In this document: positions 1 to 11,761 of the stretch, one piece after another
How positions within the stretch are numbered: the first letter of the stretch is position 1
Layout of the letters: each line of letters begins with the position of its first letter
NCBI GenBank assembly: GCA_024704765.1
Contig: JAKMXF010000077.1
Span: forward strand, 62,001 to 126,000
DNA from: Oopsacas minuta
Lineage: Eukaryota; Animalia; Porifera
Direction: 5' to 3'
Length of the DNA: 64,000 nucleotides
The notes under the pieces: generated by a model
Database searches by the model: none
What the model was told of the DNA's origin: nothing
The model's input: the letters and a program-made list of their open reading frames with translations, nothing else
Program-made: the position numbers and the translations under genes

Positions 1-1318
1 TCGAGATGATTTGGGGGAGGACAATGGAAGGTTGTCTTGGTTTATCAAAGTTATCAAAGTTATCAAACATATAATTCAGATTCACAATTTGTTATTCGTG
101 CCAAGAGCAAAGTTAGAACTAGAGGTATATGAATAGTAATTTGATGACTCTCAATTTGACTCGTAACAACAGGCTCACCTTGTACCTTGTAATCTTTCGA
201 AGTAGAAATATGATCTTCTTTTCTATTATATTTCTCATAAACTATGCCGGATACCTGCTATGTTGTAGCCTTTCAGCCATTTAGAAGTGGGAGAGATGAG
301 TTAGCGTATTGATTAAAAGAACTAAAATGTGAAATATATGAATGAATAAATTTTCTATAGCAATAGAAAGATGCGAATTTATCTATCTCTGAATTGGGAC
401 GCATCAACTCTTCACATATACATACTCATCACATATACGTTCCAATATGCAAATATTTAATAGATGCACTTACACAGCAATCAAGGGTTTCACCGATCAT
501 CGGTGGCTATATTAACATTCCTAACCAATAACTACAGGATCTATATTAAAGATACTCGATAACATTGAAATTTTCACCGTGGATAACGACGATCATTGAA
601 AAACATTATTTACTCAAGTTTAAAGTTCACGAGACATCATTTGATGACAATAATAGATTTGGTGATGACTTCATAAATATCATAGGTCACATATCAAAGT
701 TACGTAGTGACATTTATATTGGAATGAAATGTTATGAGAGTGTAAATATTTTCATAAATATTATGAAACTTTCTTAGGATCATTATTTGTTTACTTTATA
801 ATCATGATCTTGGTACATGCAAACATTTCAAAACTAGTTCAAAACACAGAAATTGAGACACTATAATATCACTTGCATTTTACAGACAAAGAAGACTCAG
901 ACGTTGTAGACTCTTAAATGGAGAGTAAGGCTTCCAAAGATGAATTAAAAGCAGTCTGAGGCAATTTACTAAACTGTCAACAGAAATTCAATACCTTCAA
1001 AAACCGGACGACTTTATGTCTTGAATTAAAAACATTTCACAAGACGAGTTAGGAATTTCGTAGTTTTGAGATCATAATACAAGTGAATTAGTGCTATACG
1101 AGTATAATTATTGAGATACAGTATCTAGAAACTACATGGACGGACAGTTTCAAAATTCAATGATGTTGAGAAACTCTTTCGGGAGCAGTTGCACCCCTTG
1201 ACTCACTGTAACAATGTGCCTGAGAGATGTATAATGTGAGGGAAGTGAAATGTGATGATGGCATCGCCTACTTGTTAAAATCATAGTTACTGTGTTGAAT
1301 ATAGTATTCTTGTGCATA

Positions 1319-1892
1319 CGAGGGTCACCCGAGAATTTTTAAAAACCCATATTTCTAGTTTGAGAATTAAATTATATCGTGGAGAATATCTTCTAAAGTA
1401 TATTTGATCGATTCATATAAAATTATATTAGCTTATCTTCAATTATCTTGAATTTTAATTTCATTTAAAATTTAACATGTTTTTTGGTAATCTTCATGGA
1501 TTTGGAATGGTGAGACTTTAGATCTATGATATTTTAGGATTACATGCCTGAACTTGCTCTCAACGTAAATTTGATTAATATTTTGTTTTGTTGCTACCGT
1601 TTTATAACGGATTACACCTCTAAACAACAATATAGACCTTGGTATACAGAATTCTGAAGGGGCAGAACATCTCTCCATGTTGAGGCCCGAAATGTTGCCA
1701 ACTACTGTTTGTTCCCTTGAAACTGTCTAGAGGGTAAAGAAGCTCATCGAATCAGAACGTAGGATCACTTATGAGCCAATCCTTTGCGAAATTCCTCTTG
1801 AATTATTCTGGTAAATACTAAAAAGTTTGAAAATTTGAAATCAATTGGGTAGTTAAACACGATAATTCTAAAAACTTCTCGACTGACCCTCT
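1319..1892. mobile_element. Degenerate mariner-like non-autonomous element (about 570 bp)
   Basis: TA|CGAGGGTCACCCGAGAATTTTTAAAA at 1317 pairs imperfectly with the reverse complement of the 1866-1894 end (TA|AGAGGGTCAGTCGAGAAGTTTTTAGAA). TA flanks on both sides. No convincing transposase inside. Confidence 0.5.
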
Positions 1893-2867
1893 TATATACG
1901 ACATATTTGTATCTTCATACATTTTTCCCAAATGAAGTATATTAGAATTGTAGTTAACATTCCAAATTACACAATATGATCAACCAATGATAAAAACTTG
2001 ATATTTATCAATAGTAAACATAAAGCCCAATCACTAAGAGGTGGAAGATGCTGAGAATTTAGATGGAGGAGAGGACCTTAAGTACAATCTAGTGATTTAG
2101 GAACGAAGCTGAGTTTGAGATTCAGGCTCATATATGTAAATCAGGGAGGTTTCTTCCAGAAGGGCAGACTCAGAGGAATGCCTGCTGGTGAAAGCAACGA
2201 TCTAGGAATCTTGGGAAAGTATCCACATCATGTTAATCCACTTAATGGGTTAGCCATTCTACTTCGTACCTAAATAACATAAACTAAAATGAAATACCAT
2301 ACATCCTATACTGAGAAAATGTCGAATTGATTCTCGGTATTAATTAAAGACAGAACGAATTTCTGCAAAAGAGGTACAAATATTTAAACAAGATCAGGTT
2401 AACAATTGATATTCACTCGGTATTACTACCAGCTAATTCGAACTCCAGGCAAAGAGAACAAATTTTAACGGGCGTTAGTATTCGTATAAACGAGGATCTG
2501 GTGGCATATCAAAATATGTGCAAATAATATACTATGTGAATCAGAGAATGTGGCTGAAAAGATGTTTGAATGATAATAGTTTCAAGGAACGTGGCATTCA
2601 TGGTAACCTCTACATATCCACCCACACCTCAACCAACCTTTCCATGTATTCTACGAATATGAAACACAATAATTGCTATTTTATCAGTTGTCAATGGAAT
2701 ATCAGAATCGAGAATGCAACAAATATTCAAATTATTACAGAGCTCGATGCATAACAATCATCTCATCTTTGGAGTTACTGAGGGGAATCAGCATCATTTT
2801 GTTAATTTTATCAGCCATTATTAATAGGGCACAGCTACTGGTTGGTTTGTTGCACACACACATCATG

Positions 2868-3049
2868 TAGGGGTTTGACTAAGTTGCGGGGGGAACCGGG
2901 GTATTTACCCAGGGTTTGAAAATTCTGGCCCCTGCCCGCCCGTACCCTTGTCTGCCAGATCCTCGGACAACCCATGCCTAGAATAGAAAAGGAATTTCCC
3001 CGGATAAGAAAATCTGGGCCGGGTATCCCAGACCCTGGGATCGACCCTG
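2868..3049. repeat. GC-rich MITE-like island
   Basis: Abrupt GC-rich block with CCCGG/CCCAG/CCGGG motifs, starting TAGGGGTTTGA and ending GATCGACCCTG (hAT-like ends). No TSD found. Confidence 0.3.
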
Positions 3050-5841
3050 TGACTGTATATCAAGGATAATACATCTGTAAGTAAATTAATGTATAATTTT
3101 AGTGGTGCTATTACTTATTAACCTACGGTCATTAAATAATAGTGGAATTCATCAATAGTAGTAAATCTAAGAAATAGTTTTAGTATTTTGGAGAGAATTT
3201 TGTAGTCAATTAAATGCTTAGTTCATCCTAATGTTAGTATATCCGGCATCTATTGAAATATTCAGTTTGAATCGCTCTTTGGTTAATCAGTAGCTGGGAG
3301 GAGATTTATCTATAAATATTTGGCAAGTTTACTTTAATAAATTCAGAAAGAATATATACTGTTGTGGATATATTTCTATAAGCTAACAAGTGTACATCAT
3401 ATGTTTTGACGGCGCAAGAGTTTATCTAGGATTCTAGGTACTTGACAAAAGTGGAATAATCCCCAGCAGTGTCACTACAGGAAAAATGTCGGGCCAGAAG
3501 TTCGATTCCCGGAAAACACCTGCTGTGCGCGGAAAATAAATATCAAAATATGTAACTAAAGATAACAAATTAACATGTTTTCGAAATTAATAGAATGAAA
3601 GGGTAACTAAGCTTGCAAATTCTGGAATCTGGGAATTAGAAACTTATGACTATCTTCATTATTTGATAGCAAATGAAATTAATATCTTTGGAGATGTGTT
3701 GATGATTCATTTGGAGGAGATACCACACAGATTAGCAACCTTTAAGATTTCGATATTTGAGGTGGGCTTCCCAACAAGTGCCATACCCATGAATACACAT
3801 GTTGCTGTGTATACACAATATCTACCTCCCTGAAATGTTTGTAACACTAATATACAGTAGTAAGAGCAGGAAGTCTTCTCGCTGGAGAGTCAGAAGCAAA
3901 TAGTTCATCTGGCTTGCATACCATAGTACCGGTAAAACAACAGCGACTGGTCATTGTATCAGCCGAAATATACTCAGAAAGCTGGAGAGAAAATGTATAA
4001 TCCTAAGTTCCCAAAACTTTCATAACAAATATATACTGCATGGGAAAGATAACTATTTCTGGGTTATATAAATTTTAAATATCAATTATTCGCACTTTTC
4101 GGCTAATAACAAGAAATAATTTAAAAGATAAAACAAGCAGATTCATAAGTAAATATCGTAAAAAGACAAAATATACTTAATAATACGTTATTATGGCATG
4201 AAATGTTGGGAACCTCAATGTTAATTAACAATTAAGTTATGTCGTATTGTAAATCCCTGTACCAAATCTATAATCATTAGTGAGGCCATAAGTATACGTA
4301 ATAGAATCTGTTTCATGAAAAGGCAAATACAGGATGAAACTTTGTTCCTTGGAACAATGTTTATCTAGAGCCGCAAATAATTAATTTGTATGTACGGAAC
4401 AGGACTCTTTGGATGAGTAGGATATAATAGAATCCCCTAAAAGGCAATTCAGATAATATATTACATACTTCAGCTGGTGAAAGGTTGGGCAAGCGACGAG
4501 CAATTTTAGCGCATAGCATTCTGTTAAGAGAGAAAATTTGACCCGGGTCTTAGAATTATCAACAAAAAACAGCCCACCTATCTGTAAATCGTTTGAAGTA
4601 AAGCAGGATTCCCAACCCGGGGTTCATGTACCCTTTGGTAGACGCAAGGGGGTTTCTAAGGGTTATGCCTTCATAGTTTAGTACATATTGAACAATTTGT
4701 AATTTGATTAGTTAAGTTCAAGAATCGGTCAATCAGTTAAATATAAGTATATAATTCCAATACACTAAATGTATATAGGATGAAAAGAGGGGATTAATCC
4801 ATGATTTCTGAGTCGAAACAAAGTATAACAAATGCTCCAACAGGGTGGTACAAATTGAATACTAAAATATTGATTATGTACATATTTGTGTCTCATTATC
4901 AGCACTACACTTTGTGTGCTTCACGGCTTCCAAACTGGCAATTGGGACCTCTAACCATCTAGAAATCTAGATAAATCCATAAACCACAAGTGAAGAGAAT
5001 ATACAGCAAAATGTTGAATAAATAATCTGTGAAATAATGTTTTCGATTCAATTATAAGTAGTTGTCTCATTATCATAGAAAGTACTTTCATTGGATGGGT
5101 GTTTGATGAGTATATATTACAGTAAACAATTATTCATATTGATGATCAGCATTTTGACTATACAGTTTGTGATATATATTAAATCCCTGATGGAAACCAG
5201 ATCATATGATCGCCAACGGGCTAAGACTAATTCCAGTTCGTCAGTTTCTGATTGACTTATAGTAAAATATGGAGCAACAAAGGTTCATCCAGTTAATTGT
5301 AGAATTTCGAAAGCAGTCCTGATGTTGGTCTGGTACAAATCGGACAAACAAGGCAGTTTCAGTGGCCCGGAGGACAAATTAGTGTAGCTATTTGTATATC
5401 AAAATTTGTAGTAAAAGTATTCGAGTTTGAAAGTAGTACAATGACATGAATAAATAGCTTCTGGATGTCAAAAGTATTTACATATATAACAGGTATTCCA
5501 AGTAAGAGGGTAATGAATTTAACAAAGGTAGTATATGACCTACAAAATGTAAATAAATAATTACTGGTTGTGCTTGTGCCGATGTAGGCACAGCCACAAT
5601 GCAAATTTCATTTGGATGGAGCATGCTGCAAATGTTGATGTTATTAATTGCTTTAGCTCTCGTCAGTTTCCTCATCCCAACGCTGAACTGAAATGAACGT
5701 GAACTCCGTTTCAACGGTGGAATAAGATAAACGAGGCTGGGAACAAAATTCAAAGGCATACACAGGAGTACCCATACTCCCGAATGAGAGTAGATATGAG
5801 ATCAGACAAATATTTCCCCTAATCTTTACAAGTCTTACATG

Positions 5842-7197
5842 CAGGGTGGGCCGCGGGAAAGCGGTTGAAACAAATTTCGTATAATTTCTAAACAAAAAAA
5901 GATAAGTCAATTCTGAAAAAGTATATTTGAGTTTATAAAGTGATATTTTAATTTTCATCTTGTAGAGTATCTATCCATTTATAAAATGCTCGATCCAATT
6001 CCCATTTAAATATCTCACTTTTCGCAACCTCGTGAGGATATATTCTGAGACTTTGTTCAGTGTTTCTGCCTTGATCCGTCTTATTACCCGACGAATGTTT
6101 CTCTTGAGGTCTTCAGTAGTCTCAGGGATAGGATTGGAGTGAACCTTGCTCTTCAGGTATCCCCAAAAATAAAAATCACATGGGTTTAGATCTGGGCTGT
6201 GAGGTGGCCAAAAGAAGTCGCAGTTTCGTGAAATCAGCTGTTCGTCAAATTTCTCTCTAAGAAAGTCAATAACAACTTTAGCCATTGTAGGGGTGCGCTA
6301 TCTTGTTGAAATGTTATACTACCAAGTTCCTTACGTCTTCTGAGAGTTGGAATGTAGTAGGACTTTAACATATCAAGATATCGGACACCATTCATGGTCA
6401 CCCTTGACCCTGCATTATTTTCATAAAAATACGAACCAATAATCCTCTTGGAGTCAACTACACACCAGACAGTGACCTTTATTTGTGTTAAAGGCTTACT
6501 ATCAAGTGGATCTGGCTTTTCCCCACCCCAAATCCTCATGTTCTGTTTATTAACATGTCTAGAAAAGTGAAAATGGGCCTCGTCACTCCAGTCAATATTA
6601 CCAATGTCAATTTCCTTCTTGTCAACCTTCCCTGCGACAAGCTTTGCAAAAGTCAATCTGTTCTCTTTTTGGAGAGTAGATTGCTTCTGTAGGATCTGTA
6701 TCTTATATGAGAAGAGATTGAGATCATCTACAAGAATCCTCCTGACTCTTGTCCTGGACAATTGAAGTTCTCTTGAAAGCCTCCTTGATGAACGATGTGG
6801 TGAATCCGCAAGTTTCCGCTTCACTTTTTCGATGTTATTGGGGGTCCTCATTGTTTGGCATGGCCCTGGTCTAGGTGTATCAACTACAGAACCATTCTCC
6901 TCAAACCTTTTGACAATATTTTTGATGGTATCTGGTTTAGGAGCAGTTCTAGAGTTATAGAATCTTCTAAATCTTCTCTGTGTTGTAACTATGGAAACAT
7001 GATTTTGTAGTACGATTTGAGGACATTAGTCCTTTCTTCCAGTCCAGTTTTGTCATAACTCCCTTTTGATCTAATTGTTAATTAACACAAAATAGCATTC
7101 TTCTTGCTACAAAATCAAATCCTGACAATCGGAAATGGACATAAGTATGCCGAGTTATGATCATTCTATTTCAACCGATTTCCCGTGGCCCACCCTG
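5842..7197 (-). mobile_element. Tc1/mariner rosa-type (DD41D) transposon, 1356 bp
   Basis: 28-bp TIRs CAGGGTGGGCC(G/A)CGGGAAA(G/T)CGGTTGAA, 26/28 match. The expected TA TSD is decayed (TG left, TT right). Confidence 0.88.
5971..7056 (-). pseudogene. DD41D transposase, frameshifted
   Basis: ORFs 6234-6851 and 5971-6285 join through a frameshift just after QQDSAP. Motifs WSDEAHFH, QQDSAP and WPPHSPDLNPCDF are present, with 41 residues between the second and third D after repair. The N-terminus from ATG 7056 has further frameshifts. Confidence 0.88.
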
Positions 7198-7329
7198 TTG
7201 ATGAATACAATAACAGTAAATATTTTGACGATGTTGCCAGATTAGAAGCGCTATGCGCACGTCAGGGCAAAGGTGAATCTGAAGAAATTTAGATAGAGGG
7301 AATTCTATCGAGATATATAATCCTAAATA

Positions 7330-8510
7330 AATAATCCCATAGCGTGTTATGTTTGATCGAAGTAGAATCTGTGGAAGGACTCGAAGCAACTTCGTTAACA
7401 AAATCTATTTAGCGTCATTAAGTAAATGCGCATTAGATACGAGCTTATACTTAGAGTAATGTTTCGATAGTGCCCGTACAATGAGTGGGTGCAACCTAGG
7501 AGTACATTCTCATAATTCACTCATTGCTTAACATATGATGCAAATTAGATAATCTGCAATTGTGTAAGGGAATGTCGTGGATCTCGTTAACGCTAAATAC
7601 TTTAGTCAATTGATGCACTTATATTTCTGTTACGAGTTTGCATCCCTAATTTATTGCCGTGCAAAAGCTATGATGGAAGATGGTAAACAAGAAAGTAAGA
7701 CACCTGTTCAAATCAAACTTCGTTGTGATACACGGTGCATTAGTAGATGGGCAACATGTAATGTCAGTCTTACAACGATAGCAGCGGTGATGAATAGATT
7801 AAGGTGCTACATTGGAGAAGAGACACAAACATGGAATTACCACCGCCACTGGTGAGAATTCTCTGGATAACATAATTTTTGTCAAAGGTAGTTTGTTCTG
7901 CAGTATTAGTGCAGTGTACCAAAGCTCAGGTGAGGAAAGATAGAGATAACCTAGTTGTATTCGAAGAAATATGGTACTCTATATCATAATGCCAGTTATC
8001 GGAAGTCCGATTAGCCCCTCCAGATCGAGAAGAAAGGTTAGCCAAAATTCCGAAGAAAATTTACACTACGTACCAAAGTGAAGTGAAGGGAGCATATACT
8101 TGTGTATATTGTGCCTTTCTCACTGAATAACTCGATTCCATGATTTCAGAGGAAACTATAGGCATTTGCTTGGTGTAGCAACTCTGACTCCATTATCGGT
8201 TAGATTTCTTGATGACAACGCTTATACTAGTTTGGTATTTTTATGGTTGCGATTCCAATTGTCTACTCGTGTTGATCAAAGTTTTACGGGGATTATTGAA
8301 ACGGTTGAAAATTCAAATTACTGTCTGTCATTGTTTGAATCATAAGGTTCATGCCTAAATTTAATTCAGCTTTTGTCAATTTTTACAAACTATGCATAAT
8401 CGTTGGGACTCTACCCATCAGTAGTACATTTGACGAGAGCAGATTCTTCTATATGAATAGAGTTAAAAACATGATTCGAACAACAATGTCAGACAGATAC
8501 AAGTAAGCTT
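7330..8510 (+). pseudogene. Highly degraded hAT transposase (ZMYM1/DUF4371-like group)
   Basis: Fragments CFDSARTMSGCNLGV (like YDGASNMSG), CDTRC/RW (TRW motif) and TLPISS...MNRVKNMIRTTMSD (hAT dimerisation motif LP.S...ERSFS.M.R.K...R.TM) occur in the correct order. Confidence 0.55.
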
Positions 8511-8783
8511 GAATACATTTCAGAGACATTTCAAGAATATATTCATCTATTTTAAAGTAGTAGTTTAGACATTAGAGTATTCACTGATTACATTTATGTA
8601 CCCTAAACCACGAACATGAAACAGCTATTACTAAAGCAAAGAATTTAAGGTGTCCAAAAGTATTGATTTGTCTAATGACAAACTATATATTATGCTCCTG
8701 TATATGTAAAGGTAGGCTACAATATTTCAATACCCTCGGAGAGAATTATGGAGTCGTGAAATTAGATTCAAGTTATCTATGGG

Positions 8784-8926
8784 CAGAGACGGATTATGGG
8801 TATATTGGGCCCTGAGCGGGCATCAACCACGGGCCTTTAGGAGCATATTTAGGTGTCGACACCCTGAATATACTTCTACAGGCTCCTTTAGGCTCGGGCC
8901 CATCCGCTCCCCTTAATCCACCACTG
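8784..8926. mobile_element. 143-bp hAT-type MITE
   Basis: Perfect 8-bp TSD TCTATGGG (8776-8783 and 8927-8934). Ends are CAGAGACGGATTA and revcomp CAGTGGTGGATTA, with internal GGGCCC motifs. Confidence 0.85.
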
Positions 8927-11697
8927 TCTATGGGAACTACATGCAACACTTGGAATTCTATCCACGCTAAACCAGGCCAAATGACCTAGTCCACCTTCGC
9001 CATGGCGTTGGTCTGTTTACGACATTGAGTTCAAAACAACAGTAGATATATCAAGAGGCTAAAAACAATTTACAATTGAGATAGTTATGGCATGTATACC
9101 TGAATTTGAAAAAACTCCCCAATCTTTAGTAGAATTTCCTTTGCCTCATTATGAGTCGTCTGATTATTGATGCCCTTCTAAAAGAAAAATTAGAAATATG
9201 ACGATAAAGTTAGGGATGTAATGTCATAACGCAAACAAATGAGGAATATAACTTCACTAATAATATAAGCATAGACAGTATATCGGTACATCGGTTTGGA
9301 AATTCAAATTTCCAACAAGTACCGATGTAAAAATCTAATTGATTCTTAAGCTTATTGCATAATATATAATTGTGCAACCTCTATGGTAGATTATCTAAAA
9401 TGGCAAACCCCAATAAGTATCAGATTTTGATGCACCTTCATTCATTCTCATAAAAGCGTACCCATATATATAGGGAGCGGGGAATGTGGAATACTTTAAA
9501 GAAATATAGGTATCGCTTCATTCAAATTCACTTCAATATGTCTTGAATTCTACCAAAGATTTCTTGAAAATCGGTTTGTGCTAAATCTGGAAAAACAAGG
9601 ATTAATAGCTATGATGAGATGAAATTTTTGGGTATCTTAGAAGAAAATTTCTACATATTTGTATGTTCATTCGACGACCTCAAGGCATATGTGTTAATCA
9701 AATATTGTTGAAAAGGTGGAAGTGGCCATATATATTCACTAAATATCTGTGGCTAAAGAATATAATAAAGTATATGTGGATAATAGGGTTCTATCAGGAG
9801 ATTCGTCGAACCAACAGCCCCACTTATAGAAGTTCTACTGTTATTGAATAGTCAGGCGATTAAAGTTAGTTCGAACAAATTGGCCCAGAGAGAATGAGGC
9901 TAAGTATCATGAATGTCCGGTTAAGTGAATATCTATCTCATCAGTTCATTAACCTAGATAATATCTCGTCACCAAGAAAATAGTTTATTAAAGTATTCAT
10001 TTAGATTTAAGTCCCGTTTCTAATAATTTCATGCATCAATGGCTTCATTATAATAAACCAAAGGATAATTTATGATTGTTTCCAGACGACACATAAAATA
10101 TGAGGGGCCCTAACTTTAATGCAAACAAACAAATTCAGTGCAGAGCAACAGAAGTAGATCATTGATACAAGTCAAATGGCTACAAGTACTGCTGTCAATA
10201 CTAGTCCCCCTTCTCGACGTCTTGACCTAGAACCTTACATGGTTTGGGTTGATAGTAGTCCAGTATGGAGCCTTTATCAGGAGTCCGGGTTTGTAGGATA
10301 GTATTTAATTGAAGTATACACTCGCCAATAATTATCACCTACATCCCTGGAAGTACCACAGTTTCACATGCACAGAAAAATATTGAATTGCTATATATGC
10401 TCACTTGTTCAACTCTAGATTCATGAGAATATACACACATTTTGTATAAATATCAGAATATTCAGGCAAATAATTTGAACAAAAAATTTTCTGTAACTCT
10501 TCCAACTATAAATACATTACAAGTCAGCAGGAGTCGGTAGGTCAGGTGCGACGGTCACCCAACCGAGAAGTACCAATTTCTATTAATACAGATAGCGAAA
10601 TTTGAGAAATCCACCCGATATCATATTGCTCGCCACTCAAAGGGTATTTATTTCCTCAGCCACTGCAATATGAAGTTTCGTTCTCAGGGAATCCTTAGAA
10701 ACATAAATATTATGGATAATTCACGAACTAGTAATAGAATCATGATGGTTTCAGTATCGGTTAGTATATAAGAAAATATTGCCGCCATTACTGTCTTGTC
10801 CAATAGGTACTTCCATATTGGTAGACGTATTTTCAGAAACCACGGTGAAAACAGCCGCGGAACGAAATAGGTATCCGCTTCCCTCTTTAACCTAGAATTT
10901 TCCAAATTGCCACTATGGCTTCCTAATTCTTTTGCAGTTTTTCACATTCCTGAGACAGATAGATGATAGTTGGGCCATAAGTAGAGAGGATAATCTATTT
11001 ACAATTGTGATATACCACAGGGTACACTATAACAAGTTTTATCTAGGAGCACCGGACGATCCTCTAGGCACATGACCTTTGATGCAATATATTTAGGAGC
11101 ATGAAAATAGAAGCTCTTTCCCCATACCGTACAAATATTTAATTGATATAGGCGAATGATAAATTGAGATGAGGAGCGCTGAGAGCGTGTATGAATAACC
11201 TATATAACTAACTGACCATAAATTATTTCAATAATACATACATAAAACTCGCTAACAACAGGAACCAAGTACACCATCACAAGAAACATTAATATACATA
11301 CATACAATAAGATTGTATAGTTATATATATATATATGAGCCGCTTCGCTCGTCGCGTTGCGCGTTTTGCGACACTGTGTCTGTATGGAACACGGGACTTG
11401 GTATTTCGAATTTAGTAAAGGATAAAACTAACAAATTGAGTAAGTATATAGATATTTCAACTACTAGTTTAAAAATATATTCATAAATACAACAAAAAAT
11501 TAGTATATAAGAAGCTGAAATTCGAATTCAGGTTACTGGATTACCCTATATTTCTGTTGGGAGCATGTTTCTAAGTCTATTTCGACTATTTGTGTACTTT
11601 ATATTCAAAAAGTCACCATACTCGGATTAAGCATACGCGATTATCCAAATGTAAAGTTTACTTTCTTATTTCACCAACAGAAGGATATTATAGATGC

Positions 11698-11732
11698 CAC
11701 AGTGGTTTAAAATGGGAGTTAGGAAAGAATAG
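11698..11732 (+). repeat. Left TIR, RSS-like: CACAGTG + 19 bp + AAAGAATAG
   Basis: Read directly. The first 14 bp are identical to the right end. Confidence 0.9.
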
Positions 11733-11761
11733 GTCTTCTAGTCCCAGATAGCCATATGCAA

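Noticed and set aside
1100-1250. W...CNNVPER, resembling the hATm C-terminal VxNDxAER motif
   Set aside because: A single weak motif with no collinear support.
3500-3510. GTTCGATTCCC, tRNA T-loop/B-box-like
   Set aside because: No A-box, acceptor stem or cloverleaf could be built.
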